A stretch of DNA of 64,000 nucleotides from Hormiphora californensis (taxonomy: Eukaryota > Animalia > Ctenophora). The stretch is from positions 1,922,001 to 1,986,000 of the forward strand of contig CM035351.1 of the NCBI GenBank assembly GCA_020137815.1. Direction: 5' to 3'. The translations under genes were made by a program, and so were the position numbers. Below the pieces are notes generated by a model. That model saw only the letters and a list, made by a program, of their open reading frames with translations, was not told the origin of the DNA and did not search any database. This document shows, piece after piece, positions 1-19,723 of this stretch; the stretch's first letter is position 1, and the number at the start of each line of letters is the position of its first letter.

Positions 1-299
1 AAATTGCGTGAAAACTATAGTTTGAAGTTGAAAGATGCCATATATGGCATCTTTCAACTTCAAATTTTGGGACATGATAAAACTAAGTTGTAGCAATTTT
101 CTCCTAGTTTTACAGGCAAATTTCAATGTTCCTGAATGAATCTATTGCCAAAAAAACCTCCTCCCACTTTACACGGTCATATCTCTGGAGTCTAATGAGA
201 TAGGGAGTTCAAATTTTTAGAAGAGACAGATAAGACGATTTTGAATGGTTTGTCTGCTTTACGATTTGCTAACTTTTACCCCTGCAAGCCATCAGAAAA

Positions 300-1370
300 A
301 CAAAAAAAAGGGGGAAAAAGGGAAAGGGGAAAAAAACCCCCCCCGGGGGGGAAATGGAAAAAAAAAAAAACCCAAAAATACAGGGAAGAGGGGGGAAAAG
401 GGGGGGGGGAAAAGGGAAAAAAAAGGGAAAAAAAAGGGGAGAGAAGAAAAAAAAAGGGGGGGGGGGGGGAAAGGGGGGGAGAAAAAAAGGGGGAAAACCC
501 GGGGAAGAAGAAAAGAGAAGGCCCAAGGGAGGGAAAGGGGGGGGGGGTTTTTTTTTTTTTTTTTCCCCCCCCCCCCCCTTTTTTTTCCCCCCCCCTTTTT
601 TTTTTTTAAAAATTTTCGGGAAAATTGGGGAAAAACATAAATAAAAACCCTTTTCTGGCGGGGGTTATTTGTCCGGAAAATTTTAAAAATAATTAATGGG
701 GGGGGTTTTTTTCCCAAAAAAACTTTTTTTTTTGAGGGAATGGTTATCCTTTGGGAAAAAAATTTGGGTTAAATCCATATTCCCTTTCCCTTTAATTTTT
801 AAATAAAACAAGGACAATTTTCCCCCTTTTTTTTTCCAAAATTTAAATTTTTGAAATTTTGCCAAAAAATCCCCCATTTAAAACGTTCAATTTTGGTATG
901 AGAAGGGGGTTCAAAATTTTGAAGGTCGTGAGTTTTTTGGGTTTTTTGCTTTTAAAAAGCAATTTTCCCCCCAAAACACATGTCCCTTCTATGGGCAAGA
1001 AAAAAGGGAAAAAACCCTGTTTTAAAAATCCAAAGTCCCTTTTTCCATCCTGACCCCGGGACATGACATGGGGTCTTGGGGGTCAAAACGCTTGTCCCTT
1101 CCCCTTTTAAAAATAAAAAATTTTCCAAATTTTTTTTTAAAATTTAAGTTAAAGCCCAATTTTTTCCAATTGGATTCCGTCCCTTTTAAAAACCAAAGGG
1201 ACAAAAATTTTCCCCCTAAAATGGTATGTATTTTTTGGTTTTGGATTTTTGGGGGCAATAAAAAACCCCCCCCCCCAAGTTAAAAAATCCCAATACTACC
1301 CAAAAATTGGTTTTTGCAATCGATGATAATCCAGATAGAAAAAAGAGGGGAAATGAATAAAAAGTACAAA
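300..1370. other. Low-quality, homopolymer-inflated sequence (probable assembly artefact)
   Basis: Almost entirely runs of A/G/T/C; 815-990 reads as a garbled copy of 90-290, and 1250-1280 as a garbled copy of 1376-1403. Confidence 0.75.
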
Positions 1371-1373
1371 CTA

Positions 1374-2248
1374 GTGTGGGGCAATAAAAATGCCCCCCCA
1401 AGTCTACCATAGTTCCAGATATCGTGGAGCGCTAAAATTTGGTTCAGTAACTCTATGAGACAAATAAATAACTTGACGAAAATTTCAGACCTCTAGCTCA
1501 AAATTCATTTTTTTGATCGGAATGAACATTGTCATTCATTCCAGGAAAAAATATTTTCCGGTTCAAAATTTAACCAATTATGTTTGGCTATCGATTAGCT
1601 TTCCAATGTGACCAAGATCAGCTAAATTGGACAACCACAAGAGACACAGTGTCATGTTTCTTAAAGTTAGTCAGGTCATGTGATCTTCACTGAATCGTTG
1701 ATCGTGTTCAGTATTACGAATTGGTCTAAGTGGTAGAGAATCACGTATCACATCTGCTAATGAGGGATGACGATGCTGATTGGTCATGAGATCTGTAGCT
1801 CTTTGATAAATGTCCTCTTTCCTCGAATCACATCACCATGTATTGGTACACATACCCAATTAGCGGCCATGATACGAGATTCCTTTGCCCATTGGCCCGA
1901 TTAGCAATCCCGGAAACTCAACGATTCGGTGAAGATCACATGACCTGACTAACTTAAAGCAACATGACACTGTGTCTCTTGTGTTTGTCCAATTTAGCTG
2001 ATCTTGGTCCCATTGGAAAGCAAATCGATAACCAAACATAATTAGTTAAATTTTGGACCGGAAAATATTTTTTCCTGGAATGAATGACAATGTTCATTCC
2101 GATCAAAAAAATGAATTTTGAGCTGGAGGTCTGAAATTTTCGTCAAGTTATTTATTTGTCTCATAGAGTTACTGAACCAAATTTTAGCGCTCCACGATAT
2201 CTGGAACTATGGTAGACTTGGGGGGGGCATTTTTATTGCCCCACACGG
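1374..2248. mobile_element. Non-autonomous DNA transposon with ~330-bp inverted arms
   Basis: 1374-1701 (gtgtggggcaataaaaatgcc..gaatcgttga) is the near reverse complement of 1918-2246; right end followed by TA. Confidence 0.85.
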
Positions 2249-2274
2249 TATAACATAAATAGTATCCACTAGTA

Positions 2275-3067
2275 TAGTAGAGTCGATAACTACATCGACC
2301 TCTCCCAATTGTTCCAGTTTTTGTCACATCTGTTTGGAGCCTCGACACGTCCTCTAAACAGGTGTTACTTTTTCACAAACTATTTTCATCTTGGTGTAAT
2401 CAGCAGTTGAAATGTTGCTGATCATAACAAAAACCTGACTAAATTTTTTCAACTTGGGGTAAAACCATGGGTGTCAAAAGTTAGCTCTAGGTCCCCTGAG
2501 TAACCATCCGGAGACTCTAAGAGATATTTCAAGCCGTTCTCCCGTAATCATTAATCCCGGTGGAGAAAAAAATACAATGCGGACGTACGTGAGCGCTGGC
2601 AGGCTGTTTACATGTTATTGTATGTCTCTCACTCTCTCTGGAAAAACCGCACGTGCGGTTGCGCCGCGCGAGATAACTCTTTCTGAAGGGGGAGAAAAGA
2701 GAGAGACGCACATTAACGTTATACATTAAAGTTGAGGTTGTAGGCAATTGCACGTACGTCCATACTCAAATATGTGCTCTACCGGGATTAATGATTACAG
2801 GAGAACGGCTTGAAATATCTCTTGGAGTCTCCGGATGGTTACTCAGGGGACCTAGAGCTAACTTTTGACACCCATGGTTTTACCCCAAGTTGAAAAAATT
2901 TAGTCAGGTTTTTGTTATGATCAACAACATTTCAACTGCTGATTACACCAAGATGAAAACAGTTTGTGAAAAAGTAACACCTGTTTAGAGGTCGTGTCGA
3001 GGCTCCAAACTGATGTGACAAAAACTGGAACAATTGGGAGAGGTCGATGTAGTTATCGACTCTACTA
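2275..3067. mobile_element. MITE/foldback with ~290-bp inverted arms (Tc1/pogo-like ends)
   Basis: tagtagagtcgataactacatcgacctc..taatcccggt (2275-2560) mirrors accgggattaa..gtagttatcgactctacta (2780-3067). Confidence 0.88.
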
Positions 3068-3115
3068 GTAGATTCAACGGTTTGTCACATCTAATCTCAA
3101 CCGGCATATAAATAC

Positions 3116-9559
<6,444 letters not shown>

Positions 9560-9619
9560 TCTTCACCACCTACAAGGAAAGAGAGTGAGGGAGAGAGAGG
9601 GAGGGGAGAGAGAGAGAGG

Positions 9620-9653
<34 letters not shown>

Positions 9654-10107
9654 ATGAGGGAGAGAGAGTGAGGGAGAGTGAGGGAGAGAGAGAGTGAGAG
9701 AGAGAGGGAGAGGGAGGGGAGAGAGAGAGATAAGGAGAGGGAAAGAGAGAAATGAGGAACCTATCAGAAAGAGATAAATAACGACGAAACATATTCAAGG
9801 GGGCGAACCAAAGTCATAAATGAATTTTTTGTGATAAAAGAAAATACAAGATACACACGCACACACACACGCACACACACACACACACACACTCACACTC
9901 ACACATACTCACACTCACTCACTCACACACACTGTTTCAGTCAATAATGTCCTGCGAAACAACTTCAAACGATCCCGGATCCTGGCGACCAGCATCTGAC
10001 GTTCCTCTGTATCATGTAACCATGGTAACAACCAATGATAACAACCAATGATAACGAATGATAACTAGGTAAACCATATAAACCAATTCATTGTCTTGGT
10101 TCCTCGT

Positions 10108-10455
10108 TCATTCAGTAAGGGCTCGAGGTGCAAGGAGAGATAACCTCACATTATCATTAACTGATCGAGGTGGCTTCTTTTTCAACATTTGAACCGTATT
10201 GTGGGTAACTAACTCTGATCGTGGAACGGGAATTGCCATAAAGGATCCCGTACTACCTGACCCAACCTCCTTAATCTCCCATCCACATAATTCTTTGTGT
10301 TTTCGGGAGCGGAAGTGCTTCAGACTTCTCCAGATGAACGACTTGGCCCGGGTGTTAACTGAAAATCTGCACTTTTGACAGAGCAGTGTGTTTTCAAACT
10401 CAAGACAGTCCTCAGTACTTGTAATGCATTCGACTAACCGGGCGGTTTTTGACAT
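10108..10455 (-). other. Short ORF with a CxxC..HxxxxH zinc finger (CGGBP/BED-like), probably a transposase N-terminal fragment
   Basis: LLCQKCRFSVN..LKHFRSRKH resembles CGGBP1-type LFCxxC..HLKSKxH; the ORF starts ~60 bp from the TIR element at 10513. Confidence 0.35.
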
Positions 10456-10512
10456 TTCCTAAAACATTATTAAAACTAGTTAGAAAAACTGTTTGAAAGA
10501 ATATATTTATGC

Positions 10513-11715
10513 TAGGGTAAACTGGGGTAAAATGGTCAATTTTTTAACGTTTTAGGTTCTAAAATACGTAATTTATACAACAGGAAGAAACAAATTATAT
10601 TGGCTATCCAATGAAACGTTTTACTTTCAGACGAGCTAAATTTTAAAATCTGAAAGTTTTATTTAGTAGGTTAATTAATCAATTCAAAAATTTGGTAGGG
10701 CTTTTTTGGAAATTTTGCACTGGGGCAAAGTGGTCCCAGCCAATAGCATTGCTCGATTTGATCACGTGCCTGGTGTTGTTAGAGCAATATTCAAATTAGG
10801 GGCAAAGTGGTCCATGTTATCTTCAGCAATTTCTGTTCTGCAGGACCACTTTACCCCAGTTGTGGTATCACGTGGTATTGCAGGCTCGATTTCATTGGTC
10901 CTAGGGTGAACCACTTTGCCCCAGAGAGGGTGAACCACTTTGCCCCAGTTTGGCTAATTTGACAATTTAATCAACTTAATAGTGAGTCTTTTGAAAATTT
11001 TGTATAAAGTCAAATTTTTTATTTAAGCGACAGGCCGCCGCGCACTCGATTGGTTAATTGGTCATATCTCCGGTTCCTGATAAGATAAAGACTTGATCCT
11101 GGTTGCGTTGAAAAGATAAAAATTTTATCTTTCCAATGGCACCAAGAAAAAGTCGCTAGCTTATCAGGAACCGGAAATCGATTTCAAGCGCTGCATTTTG
11201 ATGCGCGGCGGCCTGTCGCTTAAATAAAAAATTGGACTTTACCAAGTTTTAGAAGGATAAAAACCCTAACTGACAGTTTTTGCAAAATTAAAATCGGCCA
11301 ACTCAAACAGAAATTACATCAAAAATTCGGAACAGAACGAGCAGGTCTCCGCTGGAGAAAAAGTCACGTGACTACATGTAATAACTTTTACCGTTTTGCC
11401 CCATTAAAGGTTGACAAGATACCTAAAACTTTTCGTATATCGTCTTATTTTGATTTATCATTAATTTTCAGCATTTTTTCAGAATTTTTTGTCGGCTAGA
11501 AATATGTGCAAAATAGGGGGTCTACTGACAAATGAGTGTTCCTTTTTTAAAATTGATACTGGAATATCTCCGGTTCCTGATGAGATACAGAAACCGTTTT
11601 GGTAGCGTTGGAAAGGTCTTATTAAGGCCAATCCAACGCAACCAAGATCAAGTAGCTATCTTTTGAGGAACCGGAAACGTGAATTTCAATTTGCGAGACA
11701 CCCCAGCTTACCCTA
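10513..11715. mobile_element. Non-autonomous pogo/Tc1-like element with subterminal repeats
   Basis: TIR tagggtaaactggggt / accccagcttacccta; motif (t)ggggcaaagtgg repeated in both orientations (10721, 10800, 10845, 10910, 10935); internal palindrome ~11008-11240. Confidence 0.8.
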
Positions 11716-12766
11716 TCTTTACTAGAAGAACTGAGAGCTGGGGCAATCGTGGCTCGTGCCGATCGCAAACCGGAGATAGACCTCTCTCCTTCTCACATCT
11801 CTTTCCTCTCTCACTCACTCTCTCTCTATCTGTATCTTTCTTTGTCTCTCCCTACCTTCCCTCTCTTTCTCCCGCTATGTGATATGATCCCTCATTTAGC
11901 ATTTGGGCGTGATTCTATACGTGATATCTAAGAATAACGTTGGACAAACAAGACGATGTGTAAATTAAGCACTTGATGAGGCTTTTTGGTGGCGATTTTA
12001 TCACGCCAACGCAGAAAACGTCCGCTTGCCATACCAGGTGCTATTCAAAATTTCCAAAAAAGTTGGCAAACGCTGCTGGCCCCCGATAAGGCTGCGCTTT
12101 TCAACCAAAAAAGTTGGCAAACGTTGCTGGATAGTGGGATAAGGCAGCGCTTTTCAACCAAAAAGCTTCATCGAAAATTTTCGATTGTTGTCTTCTCCAA
12201 AATAAAAATCTTAATTTATTTCATTATTCTCGCGCGCGTTTTATTTTACGAACTCACGCGCATTTCAATTCGGCGACGTATAACAGATATTTATGCGCGT
12301 TCCAACTGGGGTGCCTATGATTTAATCAATTAAACCAAATAACCTTTCAGGACCTTGCAGATTCTTAAACCCAATTAAACATTCGAATCTATGGTTGTAA
12401 AATATACTTAAATTCTTTTATCTGTCACATATAGCATAGCAAACTGTTTATTTAGTCAACACAGAAACAATAACTTCATCGTGTAGTTCACGAATCACAA
12501 CTCAATCATTTGAGCAGAACTCATGTCATAATTGTAATTGCAAGATCCTCATACTTTGTCTAACGAGGTGCCTAAGGACGGGACACAGTCTCGAATAGTA
12601 TCAGGTAGTCTAGTCCTACCCCATGTAACATGTTACAAATCTGTACTTGTATTGTCAATATCATAGTCATACTATTACTACCCCACTCTATTCACAACAT
12701 CATAGTCTGGTTGCCTATAGCAAAATAAAACTAGTCTCATCATAATATTCTGCAATAAGATCATGT

Positions 12767-15700
12767 TTAGTCCAATCCTTTATACATCTCATCGATCTCT
12801 GCCTTGTAGTATTTCACAATGTTATGTCGCTTCAGTTTGAATGTTGGGGTGGTCAGATCGTTTTCGACGCTGAATGGTTCTGGTGTAAGATGGATCTTCT
12901 TCGCAAACTCGAAACTCTTGAGTCCACCAGCCCTTCCTTTTTCTGTCACCTGGAAATATAAATAGTTATCAGTAGATGCCATCGTATGATAATTTGAGAG
13001 TTTCATCCTGAGTTAAAGTCAAGTACGGGTACTTTTGTCCCGTGATGGTACTTTTGCAAGTTGATCTCTTAGGTCAGATATATGAACTCAATAATATGCA
13101 ATAACTCCACAAAAAGTTGCCTACAATAACTCCACAATAAATTGCCTACAAGTATATTGGGGAAGTAATCATGGTGACCCCCCCCCCCCCCCAAGTATAT
13201 TTACCTGTTTCATGATCTCCTCCCGAAGTTCCTCCTTTTTACACAGTTCAGCGAAACTCCCTGAGTGGCCGTTAACCCTCGCCCAGCTCTCTACCGCCAG
13301 TTCATCAGGTACCACAATAGCCACCAGGTTGCTCTTCAGAGAGTCCCCATAGAGAAGACACTGTCCAACAAGGGGGGACCGATCATACAGCAGCTCGATC
13401 TTCTCAGGTGCAATGTACTCTCCCTGACTCAGTTTGAAGATGTTCTTCTTTCTGTCTATGATTCTCAGGGCCCATTCATCCGTCCATTCTCCGATATCAC
13501 CGGTGTGCAGCCAGCCATCCTCGTCAACCGTCTCTTTCGTCTTCTCCTGGAATCAAGGGGGAGTATTAGATTTAGAGCAAAATATGAGATATGGAGCTAG
13601 GAGTAAGAACATAATCCCAAGGTTTGAGATATATGATTCCGATTGCCAACAGGAAAATTATTGGGAATTGAAACTACCCACCTCATTCTTGTAGTATCCC
13701 TGGAATACATTGAGACCCTTGATACAGATCTCTCCCTGCTTGTTGGAGCTGTGATATCCCATCTCAGCCACATCCTCCAGTTTGATTTGACACGAGTTGA
13801 GGACCCCTCCCACATGACCGGTGGAGTGGTCAGCGTAGTTAGTGAGCGAACAAGCCCCGCAGCACTCTGTCTGACCATAACCCTGGGAGTATATAGAATG
13901 GCTAGACTATGGTCAACTCTGAATGGTTAACTCTGTCGAACCAGCTTGACCAGTCTGGATACCTTTCACAAATCTTACTAGCTAGTAGTTAGTACTGCAT
14001 ATTTCAATTGCCCACTCACCTCGAAGACAGCGGCTCCCAGGGCAGCCCTAAAGAACTGCAAGATGGTGGGTTTGATGGGGGCAGCACCGGTTGCAATTAG
14101 CCTCACATTACCACCCAACATGTTCTGAACCTTCTTGAATAGTAGATAGTCCCACATAGTAGATCGGGTCACATATCCAGCCTCTACTCCCTTTAACTTG
14201 CTGGACAGGGCCCAGTTGAACACAACAGCCTTTAGTTTAGACTCGCTGACCTGGGGATGGGGTGAGGGAGTTAGATATGCACGCCATCACATGATAATAT
14301 AATGATAATAGTGAGGAATATTTGTTGATGGGGTGAGCGAGTTAGGTACAGTTGTGGATTGCAGATACCACGCCATGCCATCACATGATAATAGCTTGAG
14401 GGCATGATAATAGTGAGGAATATTTGTTTGTTTTGTACGGTTGGATACAGTTTGGGCCTTGGGGGTGCAGACCACGCCATGAAATGATAATAGAGAGGAG
14501 TGGAATTTGTTTGTGTTGTAAGACCGTGCTCGAAATAACTGCAGGTAAGGCCGGATATTAGATGTGCATTTATATTGTGCTGGGCCCAGTCGAGACATGT
14601 AGTTGAAATGCGGTCACTAAACAAACAAAATATGTGGGGCCATCATTTGGAGCTACCCACTACCCAGTCACCGGCATGATAGATACTAGATAGAAATGAA
14701 GAGGGAAGTTAATTTCTACAAAAGGTAGGCCGCGGTAAAACACTTACAGTTGACTGGACTTTGTCGTAAAGCCTGTTCAAGATCCGGGGGACAGCGGGGA
14801 AGATTGTAGGTTTTAGAGCCTGCATGTCCGTGGCTAGTTTCTTCACATCTCCCTGCCAGAAACCCATTGCACCTCCCTGTCTCATAATAGCGGACTGAAC
14901 CAGCCTCTCAAAGATGTGGGTTGCGGGTAGGTAGGAGATGTGGACATCAGTGTTTCGGAGGGAATCGTCCTCCAACTGAGTCAGGACTGAAGTGACTGCC
15001 ACGTTGATGTTCTTGTGGGAAAGCATGGCACCCTTGGGGAACCTGGGGGGGGGGTAATGGTTAGAGACATTGTTGGGGAACCTGGGGAGGGGGTAATGGT
15101 TAGAGACCTTGCTGTAAATGAGAGTTCATATATCACATCAAAGTGAGAATTAATTAAAAAACCTACCCGGTTGTACCACTAGTATAACACAGTGTACAAA
15201 TATCCTCAGGGGCAGGTAGGATCATTGGTTTAGGGTCATCCGCACCCCTTTTGATAAAATCAGCCCATGTCACTAGCTCAACTCCGTGTTTCTGTGCTGC
15301 TGTCCTCTCCTCTTCAGTCACATCTTGTACTTCTAGAGACGGTATTTTTACCATTAGCTTCACAGCGGGGCACTCGGGTAGATAACTCAGATAACTCTTG
15401 AGGGTCTTGGGGTGACAGAACAGGAAGGGTAGTTCTGTCTGGTTGAGGATGAACTTCACTCCCTCCTCTCCCAGAGTGTCGTACAGGGGAACCAGGATCA
15501 TTGACTGAAGTTAAAAGTGTGTTAATAGTGAGTTCAATACCCCTCAACATACCACACAATAACAAGACCCTCCCAACTATGATGAGTCAGACAAACAATC
15601 ACACTCACAGACAGACTGACAGACTAACAATCACACAGACTGACTGACAATCACACATACACACAGAGACACTCACACACCCACACACAGACTGACCATC

Positions 15701-16168
15701 ACACATTTTGCCAACAAAACACTGTAATATAATATTCACCTGACAATCACACCCCAGTCCAAGGAGAGTCCACTCAGCAGTGTTCTGGGAACTGATTCCA
15801 ACCATACTGCCCTTCTTTAGACCTGAGTTAACCAGAGCAGATCCAACCTGCTGTCTCAGCTTGTCACAATCGTTATACGACAAGAAACTGTATGCCTGGG
15901 GAGGAGAGAAAGGGATGAGAGGTGGAGTACTTCAAGCAGAATAATGTGCATTTGTCTATGAAATGAGAATTCAAATATCACCATGGTAACTTACCGTTCC
16001 GTCAGTAGTTCCAAGGAATGGTCCATCCCCTGTTTTGGATCTTCCCTGTTCAAATAGATCACATAGGGTTTTATCTGGTGTTTCACAACCGTAGTCGCTA
16101 TTCTGTGTTCCATGGATGCTCTTTCTGGAGCGTTCCGTTGATCCAACGACTTCGTGAGACAGGGCCAT
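12767..16168 (-). CDS. ACSL: Long-chain fatty acid-CoA ligase (ACSL1/5/6-like), 8 coding exons
   Basis: Exons 16168-15995, 15895-15740, 15504-15166 (LVPLYDTLG..YTSGTTG), 15042-14748 (PKGAMLSH..SYLPATHIFER), 14250-14020, 13882-13682 (GYGQTEC..GEICIKG), 13546-13205 (DGWLHTGDIG..IIDRKKNIFKLSQGEYIAPEKIE), 12949-12767 (PFSVENDLTTPTFKLKR). AMP-binding and ACSL signature motifs present. Confidence 0.95.
14281..14495. repeat. Degenerate ~90-105-bp tandem repeat in an ACSL intron
   Basis: gcagataccacgccat..atgataatagtgaggaatatttgtt recurs 2-3 times. Confidence 0.6.
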
Positions 16169-16824
16169 TCTTTTCTGGGAAAAAAGAGAGATGCTATTTT
16201 AAGAAATAATGTATTGAAATATAGTTACGTCACACAAAACACAGGAAACAATGTGACTTTGAGTAGAAACATGTATGTTGGCAGACAACGTTCCAGTGAA
16301 TCTTGACAGCAGGAAGACTAGACTCTGGGGAACTACATAACCACCGGAACAGCAATGAAAACTCTAAATGATCAAGGTATTATAGTTCTCTACAAGACAT
16401 ACAAGTTCCATCTGCCTATATAACATCCATCAACCTACACAAAAAATACAGTCTGATGGCAAATACCGCAAATGAACGATCCAGAGAGAGCATTATATGA
16501 TACGTGGTATGCTGAATATGCCGAATGACGTGAATGCCTGACATGTCTTGTTGAGTAACAACTAAAAATGTCATGTAGAAAGGAAGGATCAGGAAGATAT
16601 TAGTTGTCATTTCCTACCGTCTTCATTGGAGATTTTGAACCCTTCTCGAAGTATGGGTACTGTCCTCTATAACAACCGCAAAACATGTTGCACAAAATAT
16701 AAAGTTGATAGCAAAGAACAACAAAGCTCTTCCTATTGTCCGCCACGCAACATAGAGAGAGAGATGTGGGAGAGATGGGAGATTGAGAGATGGGAGAGAG
16801 ATGGGATAGTGAGAGAGAGAGAGA

Positions 16825-16885
<61 letters not shown>

Positions 16886-17868
16886 GAGAGAGAGAGAGAG
16901 TGTGTGAGAGAGAGAGAGTGACAGCGAGAATGAGATATTGAGAGATTGAAAGATAAAGTGTTGCTTGTGATGTGATCGTCGCAACATTGGCTTGCCTCAC
17001 TACACTGTTCGAACTTTACACTGTTTGAATGTTCCAAGTGGACTAACAGTAACTCTGTATGAACTATGAAGCAACCTAAACCGTAACGATATAAAAAGAG
17101 TGGAACAGGCGGGTTGTCAATTAGCACTAATTGCTATACAACCTCCCATACACAGCTAACTGCTTTCTCAGTAGAGAAAATAACAAGACACTGGATATAG
17201 TAGTTAGATACAATGTAGGGGAACAAACAATATACCGTAAAACCTAAACCGGGCTCGTCTTAGGAACCTGGGACAGAACCTAAACCGGAACACGGACACA
17301 TGCAGTGTCAGGCAACTCAACTAAACCAACAGACAGTGACATCTCAGAAGGCGAGAAAGATCGCCGCCGATAATAATATTAATAATAATATTAATAACGG
17401 AGCCGCGATAGTAGCAGTGAACAAACCCCTTCACTGAAACTAGAAATAATCCTGAACCAATCTGTGCCAGAGATTCTGCTTACCAAAGCACAACAAGTCG
17501 CGACACAACTCTAGACCACTAGTGGCAGTGTTATTGAACTGTGCAAGTGTAAATAAACAAGGGTGGTAGGGTGGTAGGGCGGTACAGGTGCTATAAACTG
17601 CACAGCAATCAACAACAAGACCACAACTATAGGTCGGATTAAGGCAAACAAACCCGATCTGAGCAGTAAGAGATTGTTTATGTTCTCTATTTCTCTTTCT
17701 CTCTCTCTCTCTCTTCTTTGTTTCTATGTGATCTGATCTCTCCAACAATAGAAACAATAACGTGACTACTATTTGTTAGAGTTTGTAGTGCTCATGCCTC
17801 ATCGTAAGCAGTGTGATGTCGTGATGAAGTTGATATCTCATTCAGCAGGAAGTGCAGTCTGCAAAATA

Positions 17869-18001
<133 letters not shown>

Positions 18002-19723
18002 CAACAGTAGACGGAGAGTTCTCTGTAAAGAGAGCACGTGAGTTCTACAGGACATGTCTAAGAATAACTCTATGCCTCTATAAGCTGCTACAAGTACAAT
18101 GTAGAGAGAGTCGCAGATACAAGTTTATGTACTAATGTAAAACGTGAAACCGATCAGAGGCCGGGCTACAACACAAACATTCCGGGTGTGTGCAATTACA
18201 AAAACCAACAATGTCCTCTCTAAAATAACAGAAACTATAGCCAGGGATCTGGGACTAAAACTGAGACGAGGCCAGGGATCTGGGACTAAAACCCTGGGAC
18301 CCATGTCGACAAGGCCAATATGTTTGCACAGTAACTGGTAGTGGTAACTGGAAGGGGAGGGAGCCAAAAGCTTGTTGAGAAGCTGACATAAGCCGTGACC
18401 TGAGGAGAGAGAGCGGCGGGGTGTAAACACAGCACGGGATATATCAGGTATAACAGTGGTGAGAGCCAAAAGAGATCCAGTTCAGCAGCTTGTCAAGTTG
18501 CATAATGATCAAATTTATGGGGTGGAGAGAGGGGGAATGTACAAACGGGGGGGGGGGGGGGGGGGTGGAGAGAGGGGGAATGTACAAACATAGCTCTGCA
18601 GAGAAATTGATGGGGTGGAGAGCAGGGGGAATGTACAAACAGAGCTCTGCAGAGAATCGGTTATCACACAACAGAGCTTTGTTCAACTCCTGAAAACCAA
18701 GGACAGGGAAACATGAAGTTTCAAACTTAGAGAAGATAGGAAAGCCTCTGTAGGTATGTAAATACGTCAAACCTCTGTTAAAACTTTAACCATGAATTAC
18801 AGGATAGAAGTGGGGAAAGGGTTAATCAAATACAATGCCTAGGCAGTTAGGTGTGGGGGACAGGTGTTATAACAAGCAACTCTGCAGCATACATCGGCAG
18901 TTTCTATTTCCAGTACACACCTATCTCTGTCTCTCTGTCTCGTAATACTGTCTCTCTCTCTCTCTCTTCTCTCGACAACCAGACGGAAATAGACAGAAGT
19001 GAACAACACGTGACTATATCTCTCATGCACACCAAATAAACTCTAATTGTGTACCCTGGAAAGGTAAAACATGCATGCTTTTTACGGCATACAAACCAAC
19101 TTCATATACCACACTGCAGTCGCAGATATGATTGCACCCATACATTCTATGACATCGCTACGACTCAAAAGCAAAAGTAGCTCTACTCACGTTGTGTTGC
19201 TGTTGTTGGCTGCCGGGACAGCAGATGAAGAGGCGGGCTTTGGAGGAGGACATGATGACGATTTGATGGAGTCCGAAGGGAAACAACTTTTTTAGATAGT
19301 CTCAAACTAGAAATGTGGAAATGGAAATGTGAAGCAGAGTAAACTATGTTTGTTCAAGGGAGTTACTGATGGGGAAGTGATATGGAGAGCGGACAAATAA
19401 AAACAAGAGAGTTTGGGCCAAGAAGAAAAGAGGGAAAGGGATATCAAGAGAGTTTGAGGCGGCATCCTAGTCTGGTAATCTGCATGCAAGCTGCCGCTCA
19501 GAGTCAAGCAATTGCATGACAAGTACAACTAGAGAGAGTGATGTTTGACGTCACTAATATCTCGGTTAGAGAGACAGTTGGAACCACCCCAACTAGGATA
19601 CAGACACACAACGCAATCATTAGGAGGATCGAGAGATGATGAAAGAAGATGGCCCTAACTGCAGAACTATAAACAATATCACCATCCCTTACTGAATCGA
19701 ATCAACATATCGAGGCGGCGTAT

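Noticed and set aside
21-64. Perfect 44-bp palindrome tttgaagttgaaagatgcca-tata-tggcatctttcaacttcaaa
   Set aside because: Real in the sequence, but most simply part of another palindromic repeat cut by the window edge; no terminator or operator role can be supported.
241-1410. K/G/F/P-rich ORFs at the window start
   Set aside because: Translations of homopolymer-garbled sequence that partly duplicates 90-290; probably a base-calling artefact.
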